A stretch of 24,720 nucleotides of DNA from an uncultured archaeon. Its GTDB lineage: Archaea > Asgardarchaeota > Lokiarchaeia > Sigyniarchaeales > Promethearchaeaceae. Every line of letters starts with the position of its first letter. The first letter of the stretch is position 1. Shown here piece by piece: positions 1-7,965 of this stretch. Under the pieces are notes generated by a model, which was given only the letters and a program-made list of their open reading frames with translations, ran no database searches and was not told the DNA's origin. A program made the translations under genes and the position numbers. The stretch is from contig CAYRPF010000001.1 of assembly GCA_964426185.1 (NCBI GenBank), positions 1 to 24,720 of the forward strand, read 5' to 3'.

Positions 1-54
1 AGATGGAATAAAAAAAAGGAGTATCCAAATTGATCCTTGAATTTTGAAATTCAT
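1..54 (-). CDS. Possible 5' end of a gene running off the window edge (secreted or membrane protein)
   Basis: Minus-strand ATG at 54 reads MNFKIQGSIWILLFFIPS, open to base 1, resembling a signal peptide/TM start. It diverges from the amidohydrolase. Only 18 codons are visible. Confidence 0.3.
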   Translation of the reverse strand, partial: MNFKIQGSIWILLFFIPS

Positions 55-122
55 CGAAATATCCAATATTATCCTTTTTAACAATGTGAAAATTTAAAAG
101 TTTCAATGGCGAACAATTATGT

Positions 123-1496
123 ATGACGAAGGACAGAATTTTTGATATCAGTTCGCGTGAAATTATTTCTCGAGTTCCCTCTTCCATTCAAAATGCGGAG
201 CTTTTTGACTGTCATATGCACACTTTTGATTATGAATGTGTTCCAGATAATTTTTTTCCCAAGTGGTTAATGAGTTTTGCAAAAAATCATCTTTCTGTAT
301 TTATAAAAATAATGAAAAAGTTATCGCGGAGATGGGAAGATTCCAAATTGAAACGAATGGCAACTTTTGCCAGTGCTTTTAATAAAACACAGTTAGAAAT
401 CCTTGATTCATTATATAAGGAAGTAAATCAGAAACTTGGGCTTAAAAACATGCATTACCTGATTCTCATGATGGATATGAACTTTATGGATCGAGGAAAT
501 TGCCCAAAATCCTTAAGAACCCAGCTTCAAGAATTGATTCAAATTCGAACCATGCCAAAATATCAAAACCTTATTTATCCATTTTTAGCTGTAGATCCTC
601 GAAGAGAAATCAAAGAATCCGAGCCAAATTTGAAACTTTTACCCCTTTTTGATGATTTTAAGAACGATATTTTCGGATTGAAACTTTACTGCGGATTGGG
701 TTATTTTCCAGTGGGAAAATGTGAAGGAATAGATAAATTAAAGAGGGATTTACAACAACATCCAAGAAAATTCAACAGATTTGAACGCAAAGTAGCAGAA
801 GAAATTATCGCTGAGTCCGAAATCATGGATATGGTCTATAAAATTGCTAATGATCGAAAATTACCAATAATCACACACTGTGGTATCTATAATGCTGTAT
901 ATACTAATATGCCTCGCCGAAAGATGATTACCAAAATAAAAATCGGAATTAAGTATTTATGGGATAAACACACTTTCGAAGAAGTAGGGTTAGTTCCCAG
1001 TAAACGCCGATTCTTTCAAAATTTCACCCGTACCCATTATTGGAAGAAAAAGAGATATCTGGCAAATTTCTTTTTCCTCCCACAAAATTATCGTTCTGTG
1101 TTAAAGAATTATCCAAACTTAAAACTTTGTTTCGGCCATTTTGGCGGCCAAGATGAATGGGATCGTCACTTTGGGCATCTTCCAGCCAAAGGAAGGAAGC
1201 ATTTCTTTAAGCCCAAACAGGATTGGATGTTGACAATTATTGAATTGATGAGAGAATTTGATAATGCTTACGCAGATTTGGCATATAATATGTGCTTTAC
1301 CCAATTATACGCGGATTTAAACGATCTTTTGAGCAATACTGATATTGGAGATAGAATATTATATGCGACAGATTATTTCTTCAACGAAGGAGAGCAATCT
1401 GCTTTCCAATACAATCAAAATATCATAAATAGGATGAAAGAATCTATGTTTCTTCAAATTGCACAGAAAAATCCTAAGAAATTTCTGTTTGGATAA
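123..1496 (+). CDS. Amidohydrolase superfamily protein (Amidohydro_2-like metal-dependent TIM barrel)
   Basis: DCHMH (HxH metal motif), GLKLY, IITHCG, LCFGHFGG, AYADLA, RILYATDY and terminal NPKKFL occur in the canonical order. Confidence 0.85.
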   Translation: MTKDRIFDISSREIISRVPSSIQNAELFDCHMHTFDYECVPDNFFPKWLMSFAKNHLSVFIKIMKKLSRRWEDSKLKRMATFASAFNKTQLEILDSLYKEVNQKLGLKNMHYLILMMDMNFMDRGNCPKSLRTQLQELIQIRTMPKYQNLIYPFLAVDPRREIKESEPNLKLLPLFDDFKNDIFGLKLYCGLGYFPVGKCEGIDKLKRDLQQHPRKFNRFERKVAEEIIAESEIMDMVYKIANDRKLPIITHCGIYNAVYTNMPRRKMITKIKIGIKYLWDKHTFEEVGLVPSKRRFFQNFTRTHYWKKKRYLANFFFLPQNYRSVLKNYPNLKLCFGHFGGQDEWDRHFGHLPAKGRKHFFKPKQDWMLTIIELMREFDNAYADLAYNMCFTQLYADLNDLLSNTDIGDRILYATDYFFNEGEQSAFQYNQNIINRMKESMFLQIAQKNPKKFLFG

Positions 1497-1530
1497 TAAC
1501 ATTTTAAGAAAGAAAAAGTTAAAAATTAAA

Positions 1531-2151
1531 TTATTCACCTAAATCTACCAGTGGAATTCTTTCAGTGGTGACTTTATCCTTGGTGATCACCATGATATCC
1601 ATTGCATTTCCTGCCATGGCATCACGTTTCACAGCATTGCGCATAACTTTTTTCATCAATTCTGTCCCCTTTTTTACTGTCAAATCGGGGGAATATTCTG
1701 CTTCTAGTATGCCTACTGCGAACGTAGCTGATGAACCTGCTACACCGTATTCTTCTTCTGATAGAGAACCGATTGCATCCATGGTAAATACTGCAGGACC
1801 TTTCTCATCTACACCCCCAACTAACACGTTAGTGTATAAAGGAGCCATTTTTCGTTGGTATAGATAATTCGCCACGGTTTTCGCCATAGCTTTAACGGAT
1901 ATTTTATGATCTTCTCGGAGTTCATATATATTTGCTTGAGCTAACATTACTCGGCTGAGCGCTTGGAAGTCACCGATTAAACCATAACAACTCATCGCAA
2001 CTCGGCCATCTTTGGTGATAGGGAAAATTTTTGCAACATTTTTATTATTTACAGTATAACCCCAAGTACTTCGGGTGTCATTGGCCAGAATTACGCCATC
2101 TTTGCACCGCATTGCTACTGCGCAAGCTCCAGGAATCCAGATTTGACTCAT
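1531..2151 (-). CDS. psmB: 20S proteasome beta subunit, probably non-catalytic type
   Basis: KDGVILANDTR, KIFPI, GLIGDFQAL, LVGGVDEKGPAVFTMDAIGS, GSS..FAVGILEAEY and KRDAMAG match the archaeal beta subunit. The Thr1 position is Ala (PG-ACAV). Confidence 0.93.
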   Translation of the reverse strand: MSQIWIPGACAVAMRCKDGVILANDTRSTWGYTVNNKNVAKIFPITKDGRVAMSCYGLIGDFQALSRVMLAQANIYELREDHKISVKAMAKTVANYLYQRKMAPLYTNVLVGGVDEKGPAVFTMDAIGSLSEEEYGVAGSSATFAVGILEAEYSPDLTVKKGTELMKKVMRNAVKRDAMAGNAMDIMVITKDKVTTERIPLVDLGE

Positions 2152-2215
2152 GATTTTTCAACTTTGGTAAGGTAAATTTTAACTATGTTAATGAACAATT
2201 GGAACCCTTTAATTT

Positions 2216-2250
2216 TTGTGGATTCATTAATTATTAATTGTGGATTCATT
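2216..2250. repeat. Perfect 13-bp direct repeat TTGTGGATTCATT (2216-2228 and 2238-2250) in a divergent promoter region
   Basis: Read directly from the sequence: 22-bp period, spacer AATTATTAA. Confidence 0.85.
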
Positions 2251-3430
2251 CACAGAAAATTCGCGAGACTCAAACATGTCAGGTATTCATATTTTTCAAA
2301 AATCTTTTAAGTACTTAACGAACCACGTTCGTTCTACTATAGAAAATTTAGATAGAAGCAAATTATTACGAATATTTGAAATTTTAATTCAAACTCGTAA
2401 AGATCAAGAAAGCAATATTAATCGCATGATAATTGTAGATGGACAAGGTCGCTCGCTTCAAAGTCTCCTACTTACTGAAGATTGTTTGGAACATAACGGT
2501 TTCAACATTATTTTACCTGTTTCAAATGCAAATTTACGACCTTGGAAAACCGGAGATGTTTTTATTTTTAATACAGGTTCTGGTTCTGGCTCTCCATTGA
2601 CTCATGCACGCGCTGCGAAAGACAACGGATTACATGTAATTGGGATGAGTTATAATCCTGAAATGGGAAAAGAATTTGAAAATGTCCTCATTCTGCGCCG
2701 AACAGTTAACCGAAATAAACAATTGGCACCATTAGGCACCGAATTTGAAATTGCATCGGCAATAATTGGGGTTTGTTTAGCTTATTCCATAAAAGATACT
2801 GCTGAAGAGTCATTGCATGAATTTGAAAGAAGCACGAGTAAAATTATAAAATTGTATGAAGCAACTTATGATTATCTCGAAGAAGAAGTTGAATCTCTTA
2901 TGGCTTTTATAAATATAATCAGCGAGTATGTTCCAGCCGAAAATCAAAATAAAGTTTATTTTTTGGGAGTTGGCCGTAATGAAATCATTAACCGTATAGC
3001 TGCTATTCGCTATGGACATTTACATAAAGAGCCCAGCTATGATATAACAGTAATATATGAAGGACATTGGGATCTACGGCAAAAAGATGATCTTGCCATA
3101 GTACTATCTGGATCTGGTGCGACTTCTCAAACTTTGACATTTGCAAATCAAGCCTTCATTTCTGGGATGCGAATTTTTGGAGTTACTTCATTCCAAGAAT
3201 CTGATTTGGCTAATTTTACGAAACGGGTTGATGGATGTTTAGTTTTACCTGGTAGGGAAGATTTTGTGTCAATGTATAATCAACCGGTTCATAGACGCCA
3301 TAACTACTTTCCAGCATTTGAATTGAATACTTATATTACTTTTGATGCATTACTAGCGCAAATTGCATATAATTTTAAAATAAAGGAAGAAGATATGAAA
3401 GCAAGTCATAGACCAAAAATTTTAGAGTAA
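2240..3430 (+). CDS. Tandem SIS-domain protein resembling two fused 6-phospho-3-hexuloisomerase (PHI/HxlB) units; start probably ATG 2276
   Basis: Unit 1: IIVDGQGRS, GDVFIFNTGSGS, LAPLGTEFE. Unit 2: VYFLGVGRN, DDLAIVLSGSGATSQT, GVTS, PAFE and a PHI-like end EEDMKASH...LE. Confidence 0.8.
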   Translation: MDSFTENSRDSNMSGIHIFQKSFKYLTNHVRSTIENLDRSKLLRIFEILIQTRKDQESNINRMIIVDGQGRSLQSLLLTEDCLEHNGFNIILPVSNANLRPWKTGDVFIFNTGSGSGSPLTHARAAKDNGLHVIGMSYNPEMGKEFENVLILRRTVNRNKQLAPLGTEFEIASAIIGVCLAYSIKDTAEESLHEFERSTSKIIKLYEATYDYLEEEVESLMAFINIISEYVPAENQNKVYFLGVGRNEIINRIAAIRYGHLHKEPSYDITVIYEGHWDLRQKDDLAIVLSGSGATSQTLTFANQAFISGMRIFGVTSFQESDLANFTKRVDGCLVLPGREDFVSMYNQPVHRRHNYFPAFELNTYITFDALLAQIAYNFKIKEEDMKASHRPKILE

Positions 3431-3508
3431 TTTTGGTAATATTATCTTTTTAATCATTTTTTTCTTTTTACTTAAATGTTATAAAGTTCGCACACTAACT
3501 TATGTAAT

Positions 3509-4291
3509 ATGGTACACCATAATTTATCTGAATTCGAGAGTATTGGAGAAAAATATGCTCATATTCTGTATTCTACTATGAAAATAAAAACCGTAGATGA
3601 TTTTGAGCGATATTCTATCGAGGATATTCATAATAGAACAGATATAGATTTAGAACGAATTAAGCAATGGAAAGATCTAATTGATCTTTTTCGCGTGCCA
3701 AATTTAGGGGCGCGTGAGTGTGAACTGCTTTATTTTGCTAATATTAATTCGGTAGAAGAACTTTCTCATCGCCAATCCCTTCGTATATTTTATAAACTTC
3801 GAGAGATCGATGAAGAAACCCGTTTCATTGTACTCACATTTCCCTCATTTGCCCAAATTGACGATTGGATATTCTTTGCTAAACACATGAATAAACGCAT
3901 AAAATACGGGTTGAATGTGCCCTTAATTCTGTTTCCCATGGTCAATTTAGATGTAGCCAGCGAATTTAAGAAGTTTAACATCTTTACCGTGGAACATTTA
4001 TTAGAGAAAGTAGATCAAATTAACCATCTTCATCGAAAAGTGCATTTAAGAAAAAAAGATTATAAAATGTTTTTAGAAATGATAAATTTTATACGTATTC
4101 CAGGAATCGATATTAAAATAACGAATTTACTGTTCCAAGCAGGAATTGATAGTCTGGAAAAGTTCAAAAAACTATCGCCTGATGAAATTTTATCTCAAAT
4201 TAATCAAATATCCGAAATTCCCGCTAATTTACGTAAAGAGTTAACTTCTGAAACTATAAAAGAGTTTCAAAAATATCAGGAAGGTGAATAA
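3509..4291 (+). CDS. DUF4332-type helix-hairpin-helix repeat protein (two tandem units)
   Basis: Four HhH-like motifs: ESIGEKYAHIL..KIKTVDDF, RVPNLGARECELLYFANINSVEEL, FPMVNLDVASEFKKFNIFTVEHL, RIPGIDIKITNLLFQAGIDSLEKF. Confidence 0.75.
   Translation: MVHHNLSEFESIGEKYAHILYSTMKIKTVDDFERYSIEDIHNRTDIDLERIKQWKDLIDLFRVPNLGARECELLYFANINSVEELSHRQSLRIFYKLREIDEETRFIVLTFPSFAQIDDWIFFAKHMNKRIKYGLNVPLILFPMVNLDVASEFKKFNIFTVEHLLEKVDQINHLHRKVHLRKKDYKMFLEMINFIRIPGIDIKITNLLFQAGIDSLEKFKKLSPDEILSQINQISEIPANLRKELTSETIKEFQKYQEGE
4283..4287 (+). promoter_or_regulatory. Shine-Dalgarno GGTGA inside the upstream gene end, serving ATG 4294
   Basis: GGTGA lies 6 nt before the ATG; only 2 bp separate the upstream stop from this start. 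Confidence 0.6.
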
Positions 4292-4293
4292 TT

Positions 4294-7200
4294 ATGGAAC
4301 AAATGGATTGGATACTTTTAGGGATTTATGGATTTATTTTTCTGATTACTTTCTTAATCGGATTTTTTATGGTCAGGCATAATTTAGGAGAAATCAATCG
4401 AATTGAAAAAGAAAAGTTTGATCTGGGAGATTATGCCGCTATGATTGGATTTGGTGTAATGTTCGGGCTTTCTCTTTTGTTTATTTGTGATCTCACCTTA
4501 GAAGCCATACAGCCCGGAGTTTATTTTAGTGTAGCAAGTTATGTGTTAACAGCAATGTTAATAATATTGGTTATATACCCCCTTTGGGAAGCCATCTTTT
4601 TGGGGAGACCTACTAGTGATTCCGTTCATGATTTTCATAAATTTTTGGAATCAAAATTTTTAGATAAATTCAAAGGAAAAGCGGCTTATTTAATATCTTT
4701 TTTGATATTTATTGTAATTTACATCGTTCCAATATTCCTAATCTGGTATTTTTCTGCGATTTCTCTGGCTCAAGTCGCGTTCATGTGGTTTTTAGTCTTT
4801 CCACTTTTCTTTTTGAACTATTTCGCTTCCCAAGGTCAGGTGAGTGGAATTATTCAAGCAACATATCGTCGTAGTATTCCGAAGGAAGTTATTCACAATT
4901 CCAACCTGGGAAAAAGCAAATTGAAACAGATTATGAATATTCTTTTTATTTTAATTGCGTGGGCACCCTTTATCCTCTCCTTTTATAATTTTCTAAATCC
5001 GATTATCAAGGCGATCAAAGGATACACCTTTACTGAAAAGGATAAAATGATGGGATATGTATCGATCCTAACTACTGTGCCATTTGGAATCAAAGGATTC
5101 TTCCAAAAATTCTGGAATAAAAAAGCCAAGACCAAAACTATTGACTATCTATTTGGAGGATATATTTTTATTGCAATAGGAGTCAACATGTTGTTAAACT
5201 TTGTCCAAATTGAAAAGGGAGTTGTGGAATCAATTTTTACTTCCAATATATTGCTAAAACCAATCCAACCGATATTTGAAAATTATGGGATTTTAGTACC
5301 TTTGATTGTAATTCAATCATTTATCACCATTGTTTTTGGAACATATACGCTGTTGCAAGGAAATTCTGACTTTCATTCAGATATTAGGTTGCAAGCTACT
5401 GCCTTAGCCTACGGTGATTTTGCAATTGAAGAAATTATAAAATCAAGACAGTCAGAAATCGACCGCAAAAGCAGGAGTGAAAAAGATATTGAAAGGGATT
5501 TAGCCCATCAAGAAGAAAAGGCAGAAAATGGAATAAAAAAAACCAAAATAAGAAGTAAAAAAGAAAAAAATAAAGTAAAAGTAAAAATTAAACACGATAT
5601 CCTTACGTTATACAAGTCACTACTTTTAGCGCCAGTTTATAGTGTTCATGGAGTTGATCTGAATGAACAGATAAGAATTAAAGCGGCACAATACTTGAAC
5701 ATGATAGCTGTAGAAGATAAAAACGAAGCAGAAAAAATTGTGTCTTTTGTTTTCGTTACATGCTTAAATGAAGAGAAAAAGCAGATCAACAATCATGATA
5801 TTTTCAATAGTAAAGAAGCTCTTGAACTTTTAGGTGAAATTGGAACCATATATCCAGAAATCGTGCTAGAACGCCTTATCAAAGCACTTTCTTATAGTGA
5901 TATTCGAACCCAGCGCAATATTTTAGATGCATTAGGAGATATTGGAGAAACTAAAGAAAATCTACTGTTAATATTAGAAAAAATCAAACCCTTATTGATT
6001 GACCAAAGAACTGAGGTCAGAACTGCCGCGTTCCAAGCAATTACAGAAATGATTCTGGAGGGGCAAAACCAAGATGAAGCCTTTGTCCAAGAGATTCTGA
6101 AAGTAATTTATTCCATTCTGAAAGAAGAATACAGAAATCCAGAAGCAATTGACTCAGCATTCGAAGCTTTAGTCCAAATGAGTGCAAAAATTGCAGATAA
6201 TCTCTCCATTGATAAAATTGTGCCATTTCTGGATTACAATGAAGGTTCTGATGAAGAAACTATCGAGTACATATTGCAAAATGCAATTATAGTGCTTTCT
6301 TACATGGTTTATTACAACATCGATTCTTTTCCCTTGGAAAAAGTTAGATCCTTTTTAAAAGATGACCGAGCCTTTTTACGGTATGCTGCCGCCGATGCAG
6401 TAGGAAATTACATTTTAAAAGGCCCGAAGGAGGCGAAAGAGGAAATCTTAGTGGATCTAATGATTTTGGCGCTACATGATCCCGATATAGATGTAGTTCA
6501 AATGTGTGCCGAAAGTATTGCGGAATTTCTTATTATGAATAAGGGATATGAACCAATCATTGATGGAAAAAGAATCTCGATCATTGATTATTTCACCCAT
6601 GCTATGACCTCTTCTGACACCAGTGTAGCAGAAAACGCTTCAGAATCTTTGAAATTAATCTCCCCTATGTATGATGATGTTAACATATACCCTCAACTCG
6701 AAATATATCTGAAAGGAGAAAATTTGGAATTAATCAGGAATTGTTTGCATGTAATTGCACTATCCGATAGTGAAGAGCATAAAAGCGCGGACTTAAACCT
6801 TCTATATCAATTAAGCCGACATCATGATGCTAGCATTCGGGATAAAGCAGTATTCACCTTGGGAATGATTGCGGAAGATCGACCGGAGATTGACGAAAAT
6901 GTATTGTTCGAGCGTTTAGATGATGAGGATCCTCAAGTTCGCCAAGAAGCAATCTTTTCATTGGGGAAAATTGGAATTCAAAAACCATTGGTTGTTACCA
7001 CAGAATTAATTCAACGTTATTTCCAATTGGATAAGGAATCGGAAAAATTTGTTTCTGAAATCGAACTCTATGCGGAATCTTTAGGCGTAATCGGAGCACA
7101 TCATCCTTCCAACGAAATTGTGATCTCTCTTCAAGCCACTTTGATGGGAGACACCAATGTATTCGCTAAAGATGTAATTGCCCGAGCTTTAGGTGCAATA

Positions 7201-7935
7201 GGGAATGGAATGATAAAATCTGGTGCAACAATTCGTCGAATTGAGGATGAAGCATTTTTAAATCGGATTTCTTGGTTGAAAGTAATCAAGAAAAAAGAAT
7301 TTACCATCGGAAATTTAATAATTTTCTTGATTGAAGCCCTCCAATTAAAAGGAATACCTAATAGCGTGATGAATGAAATTAGCGATTCTATTCAAGATCT
7401 TCTGCCAGTATTTCTTTTTGCCAGAGAAGAAGGGGAAGATCCAAAAAGTAATAAAACATTAGAAATAATTAAAAAACTGCTAGCCCAAGCATATTATGCC
7501 AATTATAATAATGAAATATTGGAAACCATTGATAGAATTGATTCTTTGATTAGTTTTAAGAAATTTTTTGAAGAAGAAGACCCTCGTATTAAACAACAAT
7601 TTATCTTCTATTCAAAACAGTATACGCCTGATGGAAAACAATTCTACGATCAAGGGGTGCTTTTCACGATATTAGCAGAGCAAGATCCCTCATACCTTCC
7701 ATACGCACTGGAATCATTTGAAATAGCAGTAAATTTAGCGCCTTATGAATATTTCACTCCTAATTGCTTACTAAATATGGGAGAAATCTATTCGAAAAAC
7801 AAGAATTATCAAGCTGCGGAGGAGCATTTAGCAGAAGCTTTAGAATTATTTTCATCGATGGATGATGTAGATATGATGAAAAAAGTAGAAGAAAAATTGT
7901 CAATTGCCCGTAAATTAAGAGCAAATGCACCATAA
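4294..7935 (+). CDS. Polytopic membrane protein (about 8-9 TM) fused to a HEAT-repeat solenoid and C-terminal TPR
   Basis: Hydrophobic helices over aa ~5-355 and a K/E-rich linker at ~380-435. HEAT repeats include LIKALSYSDIRTQRNILDALGDIG, LLIDQRTEVRTAAFQAI and LDDEDPQVRQEAIFSLGKIG. TPR: CLLNMGEIYSKNKNYQAAEEHLAEALEL. Confidence 0.85.
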   Translation: MEQMDWILLGIYGFIFLITFLIGFFMVRHNLGEINRIEKEKFDLGDYAAMIGFGVMFGLSLLFICDLTLEAIQPGVYFSVASYVLTAMLIILVIYPLWEAIFLGRPTSDSVHDFHKFLESKFLDKFKGKAAYLISFLIFIVIYIVPIFLIWYFSAISLAQVAFMWFLVFPLFFLNYFASQGQVSGIIQATYRRSIPKEVIHNSNLGKSKLKQIMNILFILIAWAPFILSFYNFLNPIIKAIKGYTFTEKDKMMGYVSILTTVPFGIKGFFQKFWNKKAKTKTIDYLFGGYIFIAIGVNMLLNFVQIEKGVVESIFTSNILLKPIQPIFENYGILVPLIVIQSFITIVFGTYTLLQGNSDFHSDIRLQATALAYGDFAIEEIIKSRQSEIDRKSRSEKDIERDLAHQEEKAENGIKKTKIRSKKEKNKVKVKIKHDILTLYKSLLLAPVYSVHGVDLNEQIRIKAAQYLNMIAVEDKNEAEKIVSFVFVTCLNEEKKQINNHDIFNSKEALELLGEIGTIYPEIVLERLIKALSYSDIRTQRNILDALGDIGETKENLLLILEKIKPLLIDQRTEVRTAAFQAITEMILEGQNQDEAFVQEILKVIYSILKEEYRNPEAIDSAFEALVQMSAKIADNLSIDKIVPFLDYNEGSDEETIEYILQNAIIVLSYMVYYNIDSFPLEKVRSFLKDDRAFLRYAAADAVGNYILKGPKEAKEEILVDLMILALHDPDIDVVQMCAESIAEFLIMNKGYEPIIDGKRISIIDYFTHAMTSSDTSVAENASESLKLISPMYDDVNIYPQLEIYLKGENLELIRNCLHVIALSDSEEHKSADLNLLYQLSRHHDASIRDKAVFTLGMIAEDRPEIDENVLFERLDDEDPQVRQEAIFSLGKIGIQKPLVVTTELIQRYFQLDKESEKFVSEIELYAESLGVIGAHHPSNEIVISLQATLMGDTNVFAKDVIARALGAIGNGMIKSGATIRRIEDEAFLNRISWLKVIKKKEFTIGNLIIFLIEALQLKGIPNSVMNEISDSIQDLLPVFLFAREEGEDPKSNKTLEIIKKLLAQAYYANYNNEILETIDRIDSLISFKKFFEEEDPRIKQQFIFYSKQYTPDGKQFYDQGVLFTILAEQDPSYLPYALESFEIAVNLAPYEYFTPNCLLNMGEIYSKNKNYQAAEEHLAEALELFSSMDDVDMMKKVEEKLSIARKLRANAP

Positions 7936-7965
7936 TAACTTTTTTCAACCATTTTTTTCTACTTT

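Noticed and set aside
2216-2250. DnaA boxes or a mini-CRISPR
   Set aside because: TGTGGATTC matches the DnaA box at only 7 of 9 positions and the context is archaeal. Two 13-bp copies with a 9-bp spacer do not fit CRISPR geometry.
4294-7935. HEAT protein as a HAWK (Pds5/Scc3-like) subunit of the nearby SMC complex
   Set aside because: It is separated from the cluster by two glucan genes and is an integral membrane protein; KITE-type complexes are not known to use HAWKs. Proximity alone is insufficient.
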